Source: Candidatus Spongiisociaceae bacterium
GTDB taxonomy: Bacteria; Actinomycetota; Acidimicrobiia; Spongiisociales; Spongiisociaceae
DNA length: 64,000 nt
Direction of reading: 5' to 3'
Assembly (NCBI GenBank): GCA_965202665.1
Contig: OZ241841.1
Span: 1,472,001 to 1,536,000 of the forward strand
In this document: in pieces, positions 19,018 to 29,600 of the stretch
Layout: every line of letters begins with the position of its first letter
Numbering within the stretch: the first letter of the stretch is position 1
Program-made: the position numbers and the translations under genes
Notes under the pieces: model-generated
Databases searched by the model: none
The model's input: the letters and a program-made list of their open reading frames with translations, nothing else
Told to the model about the DNA's origin: nothing

Positions 19018-19028
19018 GATCCCCTATT

Positions 19029-20060
19029 CTAAAGGCCCTCGGGTTGGGTTACTGATTTCCTTGCCCGGGGCGGGAGAATCACCGTTTCCCCCCGGTCGAT
19101 GGACTCCCAGGCGGCCAGTCCGACGGCCACCGCCCGGCTGGCCGCGAAGCCGTCCGCCATCTCCTCCCCGCCCCCCCGTACCGCTCTGGCGAAAGCCTCC
19201 AACTGGTTGCGCACCCCGGCCCGCGTAAAATCCTCCGCTTCCGCGCCCCCCACCTCCCGCAACCCCGCTCGGTCGCCGATCAGCAAACGGCCCTGGGGCA
19301 GGCCGTTCGCAAACAGGGCCCCCTCCGAGCCCAGTATTTCGGTGCGCACGTCGTCCCCGTAACGGCAGTTGCGGGACAGGTCGATGATTCCCGCCGCTCC
19401 GCCCTCCAACTCCGCCTCTATGAGGCAGTTGTCCACATCCCCGGCGGCGGCCACCTCCCGGTTTACCGCGGGCAGCGCCCGGGCCCGCACGCTGGTCGGG
19501 CTCTTTTCCAGCAGGAACTCGATCAGTTCAAACTCGTGCACTCCGCAGTCGATGGGCAGGCCGCCGCTCACCTCCCGGGAGCAGAAAGAAGGAGGCGGGG
19601 GATGGGCGTCCCACTGCGACAGTCGGATGAACAACGGCTCCCCGATGGCCCCGGCGCGGAGCAGGCGGCGGGCGGCCGCCCACGGCGGGGAAAAGCGCCG
19701 CCAGAATCCCACCGCCAAAGTCAGTCCGGCGGCGGCCGCCTGTTCGGCCAGACGGGCGGAGACCGCCGGGTCGAACGAAAGCGGTTTTTCGCACAGTACC
19801 GGGCGCCCCGACTGCAGGACGGCTTCGGTTATGGCGGCATGGAAGGGGGTGGGGGAGGCCACCGCCACCGCCTCCACTTCCGGCAGTTCCAGAGCATCCT
19901 CCACCCGGGTGAACACCGGCGCTCCCCCGGCGGCGGCGCGGGCGGCCTCCTCGTTGACGTCCACCACCGCCCGCAGCTCCGCGGTCGCCGAATGGCGCAT
20001 CGCCTCGGCGTGCACCGCGCCCATTCGCCCCGCTCCCACCAGCGCCATCCCCACCCTCAT
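19029..20060 (-). CDS. Gfo/Idh/MocA family oxidoreductase (inositol 2-dehydrogenase-like)
   Basis: VGAGRMG, CEKPL, VGFWRRF, DCGVHEF. Confidence 0.85.
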   Translation of the reverse strand: MRVGMALVGAGRMGAVHAEAMRHSATAELRAVVDVNEEAARAAAGGAPVFTRVEDALELPEVEAVAVASPTPFHAAITEAVLQSGRPVLCEKPLSFDPAVSARLAEQAAAAGLTLAVGFWRRFSPPWAAARRLLRAGAIGEPLFIRLSQWDAHPPPPSFCSREVSGGLPIDCGVHEFELIEFLLEKSPTSVRARALPAVNREVAAAGDVDNCLIEAELEGGAAGIIDLSRNCRYGDDVRTEILGSEGALFANGLPQGRLLIGDRAGLREVGGAEAEDFTRAGVRNQLEAFARAVRGGGEEMADGFAASRAVAVGLAAWESIDRGETVILPPRARKSVTQPEGL

Positions 20061-21418
20061 CAGCTTTTCCCGCCGTCGGCGATGTAGGAGGCGAACCAGC
20101 GGGCGCTGTCCTTCCAGATTCTTTCCTGCGTTTGATGGTCCACCCGGATAAGGCCGAACCGTTGCGAGAAGCCCAGGGCCCACTCAAAGTTGTCCAACAA
20201 AGTCCACACGAAAAAGCCGCGCAGGGCAACCCCCGCCTGCAGGGCTTGGCGGGCGGCCCTGAAATGGGCTTCCAGAAAATCCCGCCGGGACCGGTCGCGC
20301 ACCGCCCCCTCTTCCACCCGGTCGGGGAAGGCGGCCCCGTTTTCGGTGATGAACACCGGGGGCAGGCGGTAGTCATCGTTGAAACGGAGCAAAAGGTCCC
20401 GCAGGCCGTCCGGGTAAATCTCCCAGCCCATCGTGGTGCGGGGCAGGTCGGCTTCGGTTATCGGCGACGGGCGTTCCCGGTCGGGCAGGGCCGGGTCGGC
20501 CGCCACCTCCCGGAAGTAGTAGTTGATTCCCAGATGATCCAGCGGCTGGGAGATAATTTCCAGATCTCCGTCCCGCAGGGCTTTTTGATCCCACTGGTAA
20601 TGGTCCAGGGCGGCGGGCGGGTAACGGCTCAGCAACACCGGATCCATGTACCACCGGTTGCCGAGGGCGTGGGCCATTTCGGCGGCGGCCAGGTCGGAGG
20701 GGTGGGCGGAACGGGGAACGTGGGCGTCCACGTTCAGCGCCGGCCCGACCCGGCTGTCCGGGGAAACCTGTTTGACGGCCGCCGTTCCCAAGCCGTGGGC
20801 CAGCAACACATGGTGGGCGGCGTCCAGCCAGGCCCGCGGTTCGCGGCGGCCGGGGGCGTGCCGGCCGTGCCGGTAGCCGTGTTCGGCCACGCACCGCGGC
20901 TCGTTGATCGTCCACCAGTTTTTAACCCGGTCGCCCAGCCGTTCGGCGACGACCGCCGCGTAGTCGGCGAAAGCGTAGGCGGTGGGGCGGTGCGGCCACC
21001 CCCCTTCGTCTTCCAGCGCGGCGGGCAAATCCCAGTGATACAAGGTGGGATAGGGGACGATGCCCGCCTGCAGCAGGCCGTCCACCAGCCGGTCGTAGAA
21101 GTCCAGGCCGGCTTGGTTCACCCGCCCCCGCCCGTCGGGGAGCACCCGCGGCCAGGCGATGGAAAACCGATAGCCGGAGACGCCCAGGCGCCGCATTATT
21201 TCTATGTCCTCCGGCCAGCGGTGAAAGTGGTCGCAGGCCGTATCCGCCGTGTCGCCGTTGAGAATGTTCCCCGGGATGCGCGAGAAACGATCCCAGATGC
21301 TTTCCCCCCGCCCGTCGGCGTCGACCGCCCCCTCCACCTGAAAGGAGGCGGTGGCCGTTCCCCAAACAAAATTTTCCGGCCAGTTCATCGGAGGCGAGGG
21401 CGGGAAGGGGTCGGGCAT
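20060..21418 (-). CDS. GH1 beta-glucosidase
   Basis: WGTATASFQVEG, YRFSIAWPR, catalytic TINEP and ITENG, DNFEW. Start probably 21418 or 21388. Confidence 0.93.
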   Translation of the reverse strand: MPDPFPPSPPMNWPENFVWGTATASFQVEGAVDADGRGESIWDRFSRIPGNILNGDTADTACDHFHRWPEDIEIMRRLGVSGYRFSIAWPRVLPDGRGRVNQAGLDFYDRLVDGLLQAGIVPYPTLYHWDLPAALEDEGGWPHRPTAYAFADYAAVVAERLGDRVKNWWTINEPRCVAEHGYRHGRHAPGRREPRAWLDAAHHVLLAHGLGTAAVKQVSPDSRVGPALNVDAHVPRSAHPSDLAAAEMAHALGNRWYMDPVLLSRYPPAALDHYQWDQKALRDGDLEIISQPLDHLGINYYFREVAADPALPDRERPSPITEADLPRTTMGWEIYPDGLRDLLLRFNDDYRLPPVFITENGAAFPDRVEEGAVRDRSRRDFLEAHFRAARQALQAGVALRGFFVWTLLDNFEWALGFSQRFGLIRVDHQTQERIWKDSARWFASYIADGGKS

Positions 21419-21430
21419 ATGCGTCAATTT

Positions 21431-21494
21431 TAGTTGTTTGCTACGCGCCAAGATAGTTGGTGGCTACGCGCCAAATTAGTTGTTTGCTACGCGC
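21431..21494. repeat. three tandem 23-bp direct repeats in a divergent intergenic region
   Basis: TAGTTGTTTGCTACGCGCCAAGA / TAGTTGGTGGCTACGCGCCAAAT / TAGTTGTTTGCTACGCGC. Confidence 0.9.
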
Positions 21495-21550
21495 GGCCGG
21501 GGCGACCTTTTCGAATAGGCGAGGGGAGGGGCGGACGCTATTCTTGGCCT

Positions 21551-22321
21551 ATGGAAATACGGGACCGGGTGTGCGTGATAACCGGCGGGGCCAGCGGAAT
21601 CGGGGCCGGCCTGGCCCGGCGGTTCGCGGAAGAAGGGGCGGCGGCGGTGGTCATCGCCGACCTGGACCAGCATCGCACCGACGAGGCGGCTGAGGAGATG
21701 GGCGCGGTAGGGGTGGAATGCGACGCCACCGACCCGGCGGCGGTGCAGGGGCTGGTGGATTGGACCGCAGACGAATTCGGGCCCATCGACCTGTTCGTCT
21801 CCAACGCCGGGACTTCCATCGACGGCGGCTTGGAAGTGGACGATGAAGGATGGCGGTCTTTGTGGGAGTTGCATGTGATGGCGCATGTCTACGCCGCGCG
21901 GGCGGTGATCCCCGGAATGCAAGCCGCCGGGGGCGGGTATTTGTTGCAGACCGTGTCCGCCGCCGGGTTGCTGGCCTCGCTGACCAGCCTCCCCTACACG
22001 GTCACCAAAACCGCTTCGCTGTCGCTGGCGGAATGGCTGGCTATTACCTATCGGCGTTCCAACATCCGCGTGTCGGCCCTGTGTCCGATGGTGGTGGACA
22101 CGCCGCTGGTGGACCGGTTCAACCTGGACGCCGCAAACTCCGAAATTCTGACCCCGGCGCAAGTAGCCGAAGCAACGGTGGAGGGACTGCGGGAAGAAAC
22201 TTTTCTAATCCTGCCCCACCCCGAAGTGTCCGAATACATGGCCCGCAAAGCAGACGACCGCGACCGCTGGCTACGGGGAATGTCCCGCCTCTGGGAACAA
22301 CTGGGCCCAACCGCCGTCTAA
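21551..22321 (+). CDS. SDR family oxidoreductase
   Basis: TGGASGIG, SNAG, YTVTK; start at MEIRDRV. Confidence 0.9.
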   Translation: MEIRDRVCVITGGASGIGAGLARRFAEEGAAAVVIADLDQHRTDEAAEEMGAVGVECDATDPAAVQGLVDWTADEFGPIDLFVSNAGTSIDGGLEVDDEGWRSLWELHVMAHVYAARAVIPGMQAAGGGYLLQTVSAAGLLASLTSLPYTVTKTASLSLAEWLAITYRRSNIRVSALCPMVVDTPLVDRFNLDAANSEILTPAQVAEATVEGLREETFLILPHPEVSEYMARKADDRDRWLRGMSRLWEQLGPTAV

Positions 22322-22334
22322 CCCCCGGCGCGCA

Positions 22335-22832
22335 TCAGGCGGCTACGTAACTCAAGGCTTTGTTCCTCCACCGGGCGGCGTCTTCTATCTGTTGTGGAGT
22401 TAGCCGATAGCCTTCTAAAATCCGCAGTCCTTGTTCGGAACGGGCTTCTTTCCCGACGAACATGGCTTCTATGCGTGTGCCTCTTATCGTCGGAGTCCCG
22501 GACATGCACTCGGGATCTACGCTGATGTGCTCCAAGTCCCCTAGTTCCACATAGGCCCAGCCGCCTTTTGACAGATCCTCCTCGACGGCAGACAATCGCC
22601 CCACGGCTTCCTTCGATACCCCTGTTTCGAATCCCGCTTCCAGTAATTTGCGGACCGCCATCGCCTCGGCGATGTCACGGTAGGAAAACACGCGTCGCCC
22701 GCCGTCCAAACCGGAGGGTATGTAACCCCGCCTCGTCCATTGCCCGAGACGGCGGGGGGTTAAGCCGGACAGATGCGAAGCTTCCCGGGAGGTATACACG
22801 CGGCGGCAACGAGGGTCGGCGACGGTTGGCAT
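22335..22832 (-). CDS. MerR-like HTH plus DUF433 domain protein (VapB45-like antitoxin)
   Basis: YTSREASHLSGLTPRRLGQW ... FSYRDI HTH; VDPECMSGTPTIRGTRI ... YRLTPQQIEDA DUF433 motif. Confidence 0.75.
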   Translation of the reverse strand: MPTVADPRCRRVYTSREASHLSGLTPRRLGQWTRRGYIPSGLDGGRRVFSYRDIAEAMAVRKLLEAGFETGVSKEAVGRLSAVEEDLSKGGWAYVELGDLEHISVDPECMSGTPTIRGTRIEAMFVGKEARSEQGLRILEGYRLTPQQIEDAARWRNKALSYVAA

Positions 22833-22905
22833 GTCTCTGACATTAGACCTTTATTGATTTTTCGGCGTCGGCCCGGCGCCCGGCGGTGGCTATCGTTGGT
22901 TGTGA

Positions 22906-23184
22906 ATGAAGAAGATGGACGACCAGCCTGGCGGGGCTTCTCTTGTTCTCACTGAGGACGAGGAAGCCTTTTATCAGCAGTTGTCTGATGATTTTTCGTC
23001 AATCTCCGGCGAAATGTGGGATGCGGTGCTTTCCCAGTTGGCTGAGATGTTGCCCGACGGTTACACGTTAAATGAGGACAGTCGCATCGTTCGCTTGGAT
23101 CCGTGCCTGCCCGACTACGTTGAACTGGATGGCGTCTACGGCAAGATTCGGGTTCCGGCCTTCGAAGTGCGGTCCGGCCGGTAG
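22906..23184 (+). CDS. hypothetical acidic protein
   Basis: 92 aa ORF in a lower-GC islet, divergent from the DUF433 gene. Confidence 0.55.
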   Translation: MKKMDDQPGGASLVLTEDEEAFYQQLSDDFSSISGEMWDAVLSQLAEMLPDGYTLNEDSRIVRLDPCLPDYVELDGVYGKIRVPAFEVRSGR

Positions 23185-23241
23185 CCCGGATTCGGTAGCG
23201 GGGGCGCCGGGGGTTCCATCGCGGCATATAATTTACGAGAC

Positions 23242-24066
23242 GTGACCGGCCCTCAAAACGAACCCCCCGCCATCGACCTGCGCGGCGTGACCGTCCTCAA
23301 ATCGGGCCGTCGTTTGCTGTCGGAGGTGGACTGGCGGGCGGAGGCGGGGGAGAGGTGGGTGGTGTTCGGACCCAACGGGGCGGGCAAAACCACCCTGTTG
23401 CAGGTGGTTTCCACCTACCAGTTCCCCACCTCCGGGGCGGCCCGCATCCTGGGGGAGCAGATGGGCCGCACCGATGTCCGGAACCTCCGTCCCCGCATCG
23501 GGTATGTGGGGGCGGCCCCCGCCGCGCTGGTGCGCCGCCGCCTGCCCTGCCGCACCATAGTGGTCACCGGCCTCCGCGCCGTTTTCACCGACGTCCGCCG
23601 GTTGCCCTACGCGGAGGCCGACTGGGAACGGGCCGGCCAACGTTTGGACGCGATGGGGATGTCCGACTTCGCCGACCGGGAGTTCGCCACCCTGTCGGAG
23701 GGGGAAATGAAGCGGGTGTTGATCGCCCGGGCTTTGATGGCCGACCCGGAGTTGCTGTTGTTAGACGAGCCGGGGGCGGGGTTGGACTTGGGGGCGCGGG
23801 AGCGCCTCATCGCCTCCCTGTCGGAAATGGCGGAGCGGGAGCGGGGGACCACCGTGGTTTTAGTCACCCATCATGTGGAGGAAATCCCCCCCGGGTTCCG
23901 CCGAATCCTGATGTTGGACCGGGGCCGGGCGACCGCTTGCGGCGACATACGGGAAGCTTTGACCAGCCGCGCCCTGAGCGAACTCTACGATTACCCGTTG
24001 CAAGTGGAATATCGGGAGGGCCGTTTCCAAGCCGTGGGAGGGTCCACAGGCTGGGGGAGTCTTTAG
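23242..24066 (+). CDS. ABC transporter ATP-binding protein (ModF/YlmA-like)
   Basis: [31 protein letters not shown]. Confidence 0.87.
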   Translation: MTGPQNEPPAIDLRGVTVLKSGRRLLSEVDWRAEAGERWVVFGPNGAGKTTLLQVVSTYQFPTSGAARILGEQMGRTDVRNLRPRIGYVGAAPAALVRRRLPCRTIVVTGLRAVFTDVRRLPYAEADWERAGQRLDAMGMSDFADREFATLSEGEMKRVLIARALMADPELLLLDEPGAGLDLGARERLIASLSEMAERERGTTVVLVTHHVEEIPPGFRRILMLDRGRATACGDIREALTSRALSELYDYPLQVEYREGRFQAVGGSTGWGSL

Positions 24067-24299
24067 TATTTGACCCCGCGTCGGCGCATATCGGCCAGAA
24101 CCGCGTCGATTCCTTTGCGGTCGATGGTTTTCATCCCTTTGGCGCTGACGGTGAGGGTCACATGGCGCCGTTCCGAAGCAACCCAGTAGCGCCGTTTGTG
24201 GACGTTGGGCGTCCAGCGGCGGTTGGCCCGTTTATGGGAAAACGAGACTTTTTTGCCGAAAGTCGGTTTCTTGCCGGTAACCATGCAGATGTTGGACAT
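24063..24299 (-). CDS. rpmB: 50S ribosomal protein L28
   Basis: [15 protein letters not shown] ... RRWTPNV ... [14 protein letters not shown]. Confidence 0.93.
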   Translation of the reverse strand: MSNICMVTGKKPTFGKKVSFSHKRANRRWTPNVHKRRYWVASERRHVTLTVSAKGMKTIDRKGIDAVLADMRRRGVKY

Positions 24300-24374
24300 T
24301 GTCAGACCCCGTTGCCGAATCCAAGGGAACCCCGCCATTGTAAACCGGATCCCCCCGGCGCGCAAGACGAACCC

Positions 24375-25613
24375 CTATTCGGGTTCCACCGCCGGGTCGT
24401 CCACATCGCGGTCCATGCCCGGCCCTCCCGCCGCCAGCCAATGGGCGTACGCCTCGTCGTTTCCCACATCCCGGTCCTGTTCCACCGCCATCAGAAAACG
24501 ATGATGCAGAAAATCCGTGTAGCGCTGCAACGGGTCCTGTTCGGGAAAATCCCCGGCCAGCCGTTCCAGCAACGGCTGCAGAACCTCCACCCGCCAGCGG
24601 ATGGCGGCCAGGGCCGCCCCGGCCGGTTCGCCGCCCGCCTCCGGCCCGGCCAAACTGGCCTGGAAATAGCGCAGGTCGCGGATAATCCAGCGGGCCTGAT
24701 GCTCGGACGCCTCCACCCGGGCCAACTCCCACAGCCGGTTGGAATGGTAGCTGCGGCCGCCCACCGCCACCCGGAAGCGGGCCTCGGTTCCATCCCCGGA
24801 CGGAGCGGGGCGGAACTGCAGGTCGGTGATGTGAAACCCCAGGTCATGCAACCGGGTGACCTTTTCCGTAACCCGGTAACGTTCGTTGCCCCCGAACCGC
24901 ACCGGTTCCGACAATTCCGCCCACAACGCGCGGTAGCGGGCGATGATGTCATCCCCCAAGGCCAGGTCGGCCTTCTCCCAAGAAAGGCCCTGCGCGGCGG
25001 CTGCATCGGCCATTCCCCCCGCCACGTTTTCCCGCATAATTTCCAGGTCGTGGTTGCGCTGGCCGTCGGACAGGCGGTCGTGCATCTCCACCGTCTCGGC
25101 GTCGATCATTATCGCCTGAATGGAGTTGGCGTCCCACCGGTAAAGCACGTTGGACAGGGAACAGTCCCCCCAGAAGCATCCCACCAGATGCAGTTCCGCC
25201 AGCAGGCCGGCGAAGGCGTCCAGCATCCGCCCCCGGTTGCGCCCGAACCCCCCCGCCTCCACCAACTCCCGGTAGGGGAACCCGTAACGGACGTATTCGG
25301 TGATCACCGCCGCCGCCCACTCCTCGGCTGGGTCCGCCCAGCTCCGCTCCACGATCCCCGCCACATGCGAAGAGGAACGGGTTTTGTCCTCCAACTCCCG
25401 TAGCACGTCCCGCTCGTGCCGGGCCAGATGCAACGGCAACTCTTTGATGGCGTAGATGCGCTCCCCGTAGGCTACGAAACGCACCACGTGGCGGTGGACG
25501 CCGGTGGGGACCTCCACCAACCTGCCCCCGCTCCAACTTTCCAGGGGGTTTTCCCAGTCCAGATCCAGGAAGTCGGGATGCCCGGAACGGATGGTGATCA
25601 CCGGTTGCGCCAT
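24375..25613 (-). CDS. DUF4032 domain / kinase-like protein
   Basis: HPDFLDLDW, GVHRHVVRF, FWGDCSLSNVL, IDAET, HRFLM. Confidence 0.82.
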   Translation of the reverse strand: MAQPVITIRSGHPDFLDLDWENPLESWSGGRLVEVPTGVHRHVVRFVAYGERIYAIKELPLHLARHERDVLRELEDKTRSSSHVAGIVERSWADPAEEWAAAVITEYVRYGFPYRELVEAGGFGRNRGRMLDAFAGLLAELHLVGCFWGDCSLSNVLYRWDANSIQAIMIDAETVEMHDRLSDGQRNHDLEIMRENVAGGMADAAAAQGLSWEKADLALGDDIIARYRALWAELSEPVRFGGNERYRVTEKVTRLHDLGFHITDLQFRPAPSGDGTEARFRVAVGGRSYHSNRLWELARVEASEHQARWIIRDLRYFQASLAGPEAGGEPAGAALAAIRWRVEVLQPLLERLAGDFPEQDPLQRYTDFLHHRFLMAVEQDRDVGNDEAYAHWLAAGGPGMDRDVDDPAVEPE

Positions 25614-25656
25614 CAGGCCGGTCCGCGCCCGCCGCCGCTGAACCCCGGTGGGCGGC

Positions 25657-26634
25657 TCAGGGGACCGTCAGGGCGATTTTGCCCACCGCGCTCCGGTCGG
25701 CGAAGGCGGCCAAGGCTTGCCGGGCTTCGGCCAGCGGGTAGACGGCTGAGACGACCGGGTTGATTTTTCCCTCCGCCAACCAGTCCAGCAACTGCTCGAA
25801 GTTGGCCCGGTTGCGTTGCGGGGCGCGGGAGGTGAACGCCCCCCAGAACACCCCCACCACCGAACATCCTTTCAGCAGGGGCAGGTTGGTGGGGGCGGCG
25901 GCGATTTCCCCGGAGGTGAAACCGACCACCAGGATGCGCCCCTCCCAGTTGACGCAGCGCAGGCATTCCAAAAAAACATCGCCCCCCACCACCTCGAAGA
26001 TGACATCCGCCCCCCGCCCGTCGGTCAGCTCTTTGACCCGTCCTTTCAGGGACTCGCGGGAATAGTCGACGGTCTCGTCCGCCCCCGCCGCCCGCGCCGC
26101 TTCCGCTTTGGCTTCGGAGCCGACGGCGGCGATCACCCTCGCCCCCATCGTCTTGCCCAGTTGCACGGCCGCGCTCCCCGTCCCCCCGGCCGCTCCGGTG
26201 ACCAGCAACGTCTCCCCCGCCTGCAGGCGGGCCCGGTCCGCCAAGGCGTGGTATCCGGTGCCGTAGGTCATGGACAGGCAGGCCCCGGCGGCCATGGACG
26301 CCCCTTCGGGCAGGCGGAACACGTTGGAGGCGGGGGCGGCGAACTTTTCCGCCATCGCCCCATGCAGGCCGGAGCCGATCACCCGGTCGCCCACCTCCAC
26401 GCCGGTCACTCCCTCCCCCACCGCCAGCGCCCTCCCCGCCGCTTCCGCCCCGGGTACGAACGGGAGGTCGGGCCGGTGCTGATATTTGCCTTCGATCATC
26501 AGCAGGTCGGGGAAGTTGAGTCCCGCCGCCTCCACGCCGATCAGCACCTGCCCGGCCTGCGCGACCGGCTCCTCGAAATCCTGATAGGCCAGGTTTTGCA
26601 ACGGACCGAACTCGTGAACCACTTGCGCTTTCAT
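25657..26634 (-). CDS. NADPH:quinone oxidoreductase family protein (MDR)
   Basis: GLNFPD, PFVPGAE, TGAAGGTG, VGFTSG. Confidence 0.9.
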   Translation of the reverse strand: MKAQVVHEFGPLQNLAYQDFEEPVAQAGQVLIGVEAAGLNFPDLLMIEGKYQHRPDLPFVPGAEAAGRALAVGEGVTGVEVGDRVIGSGLHGAMAEKFAAPASNVFRLPEGASMAAGACLSMTYGTGYHALADRARLQAGETLLVTGAAGGTGSAAVQLGKTMGARVIAAVGSEAKAEAARAAGADETVDYSRESLKGRVKELTDGRGADVIFEVVGGDVFLECLRCVNWEGRILVVGFTSGEIAAAPTNLPLLKGCSVVGVFWGAFTSRAPQRNRANFEQLLDWLAEGKINPVVSAVYPLAEARQALAAFADRSAVGKIALTVP

Positions 26635-26662
26635 ATTCCCTCCCTTAGGCGCGCGTGCCGCC

Positions 26663-29600
26663 TCATTTTACGGGTTTATCGGACGAGGGTACCGCCAGTT
26701 GGATGAGCCTGGCCGCGCCCCCTTCTATGACATAGCCCCGGCCGGGAAAGGGGCCGGTGCGGGGGGCGGGGAGCCGGACGCCGAACAGGTCTCCGTCGGC
26801 GCGGTCGGAGGGGGAAAGGATCACTCCCCGCCGCCGGTTTCGCAACAGGGAAGTCCAGTGGCGGTGGGCGGTGCGCAACACATCGGTTCGTCCGGCGGCT
26901 ATCACCGTTATGCCCCCCGTCCGTCGCTCTATGACGGGTTCCGCGGGGCCGTGGTCGGGGGTTTCCTCGGCGTCGTCTATGAGAAGGATGAGACGTTTGC
27001 CGTCCGTCCGGTCGTTGAGCAGGGGTTCCGCATCCTCCAAGCGGCGGAACACCGCCTCCAAGCCGGGGTGGTCGGCCAACGGGGAGGGGCGGGGGCAAAC
27101 GGCCGCCAGCGCCGTCCGCGGACAGAGGATGCGCACCGCGGAGGCCGCCGTCAGCAGGGCGGTGGAACGTCCGGAGCGGTTCGGGCCGGCGATGAGCAGA
27201 TGATCGCCCCCGTGCAAGGTGATGGCCGTCGGCTGCAGAGAAGCCCCGTCCATGCCGAGGGGCAAAGCCCACTCCAGGTCGGTCATGGAGCCGGCCTGCG
27301 CCGTTTGACGCAGGGAAACCCGGCGGGGCAAAACGGGGATGGGAGGGGCCGGAGGGCCGTCCGCCGCCTGTTGCGCGGTTCGTTTTACATCGGCCTCCGC
27401 CACCGCCGCCACCTGCACGTAATCCCCGGTGCGGGGGTCCGCCGCCCGCCGCGGGGGCAGACCGTCCATACCGGGCCGCATCCCCAGCATGGACCAGTCC
27501 AAAGGGTCGGCCAGGGAAAAAACCAGCCTGGCCCCGAAAGCCGACGACAGGGAAGGGGGGACGGCCCGGGCCTGGTCGGCGGCCGCGGCCGTCGCCACCC
27601 GGCGGGCCGGTCCCCCCCGGCATATCTCCCCGAACAGGTCCTCCAATCCGGTTTCCGCCAAGGCGGTCCGCAACTCGCCCAAATCGTCGACCAGCAAAAT
27701 CAGCCACGGTTGGGACGGCGGGGGCGGGCTTTGCCCCACCCGGTCCCGGAGCATCGCCAGCAGGCGCTCCAAACGTTCGGCGTCGCTCAGCGGGACGACG
27801 GAGCCGGTGTGCGGCAGATGTTCCAGCTCCGCCAGCCTTCCCCGCCCGCTGTCCAGCCCGTAGATGCGCAACCGGTCGGGACCGCGGGCGGAGGCCAGCG
27901 AACAGGCCGCTCCCAGCAACCCGTCTTGGGTTCCCGACCCCGCCTGTCCCATCAGCAACAGGTTGCCGTGGGAGGCGGGGAGCCAACTCCAAGGAACCTG
28001 ACGTTGCCGGTCGGGTTGGTCGGCTGCGCCCAGCGTCGCCTGCGGGGCCCCGTCCGGGGGCGGGTCGGGGAGGGACGTTTCCCCGAAGGCCAGGTCGGGG
28101 CGCAGAGGCGGGGCCCAGGGCCGGCGGGGGGCGGGGCGCCCCATTCCCTCCCAGACGCGGGAGGCGGCCGCCGCCAGCCGGGTCAGATCGGTTTCTTCCC
28201 GGCGGGCGGGTTCCGGGTCCGGGGAGGCGGGCGGGACCGGTTGGATCATGCCGAACAGGAACGGGGAAACCCGGATCTGCGGGCCCGTCTCCCCGCAACC
28301 CGAAACCAGGGCCGTTTGAAAAGGGATCGGCTCCTCCGGGCCGCGTCTTATAAAACCCCGCCCGGGGAGGGTGGGGGGCAACCCGGCCGCCAGCCCGGCC
28401 CCCGGGCCCGCTCCCAGCACGTCTTTGGAATCGGCCGTGGTTTGCACCCGCAGGCAGATGCGCAGGTTGACATTGGCCCGGATGGAATCTTTGACCACCC
28501 CGGCCGGTTGCTGGGTGGCCAGCGCCAGGTGCACCCCCAGGCTGCGTCCCCGCTGGGCTATGTCCACCAAGGTTTCCATAAAGCCGGGCAGCTCCCGGGC
28601 CAGCAGGGCGAACTCGTCGACGATCACCGCCAGCCGGGGCAGGGGTTGGCCGGGGGCGGTCCGCCGCAGTTGATCCAGGTCGGCCGCCCCCGCCTCCCGC
28701 AACCGCTCCTCCCGCCGGGCCAGTTCCGCTTCCAAAGAACGCAGGGCGCGTTCCCCCAGGCTTTCGTCCAAGTCGGTCACCAGTCCCACCGCGTGCGGCA
28801 GGTCGGCGCAGGCGTCGAAAGCCGCCCCGCCTTTGTAGTCGATCAGGACAAAGTTGAGAAAATCGGGGCTGTAACGGGCGGCCAAAGAGGCGATGAGGGT
28901 GCGCAGCAGTTCGCTTTTGCCGGAACCGGTGGTGCCCGCCAGCAGGCAGTGCGGCCCGTCCGCCGCCAGATCCACCAGCAACGGGCCGGCTTCGCCGACT
29001 CCGATGGGGGCGGACAGGCCGGCGGGCGGGGAGTTGGCCGACCATCGGGCGGCGATGGCGGACGCTAAGCCGTCGACATCGTCTCCTTCGGCGGGCGCTT
29101 TCGGCAAATCCAGCAGGCGAACCCGTTCCGGCAGCCGGGAGCCGGGGGCGGCCGCCTCCGGATCTTCCAGGCGGGCCAGGTTGCGGGCCGCCGCCTCCGC
29201 CACCCCCTCCGCTACGCCGGCCGTTTCCAAGGCCACCGCCGCCGCTCCCCGGCCGGGACGGCGCAGACGGGCGGGGGGACCCGTTTCCACCACCTCCGCG
29301 CACCCGGCCGGCAGCAACTCCGGCTTCTCCTCCAGCCACAGCCCCGCTGCGGGCCGTCCCGCTCCCAAAAGAATTTCCCGCAAGGCGCGACGATGTTCCT
29401 CCGGCAGACGGGGATGGTCCGCGGTGATAATCGTCACCGGGGCGGAACCGGCCGGGGCGGGGACGGCCAAGGCCGACAGCAAAGACTCGATCTCCGTCGC
29501 GGAGCAGGCCAGCAACCGGAGATCGGAGCGGGAGCCGGCCAAAGTATGCGGGGCCCATTTGATCCAATCCCATTGGCGGGGGCGGTCGGTTATGACGCCC

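Noticed and set aside
21431-21494. CRISPR mini-array
   Set aside because: Repeats are directly adjacent with no spacers, and no cas genes are present.
24063-24375. Zur-regulated zinc-independent L28 paralog
   Set aside because: The protein has only one Cys, but I see no Zur-like palindrome upstream and no neighbouring paralogous ribosomal genes.
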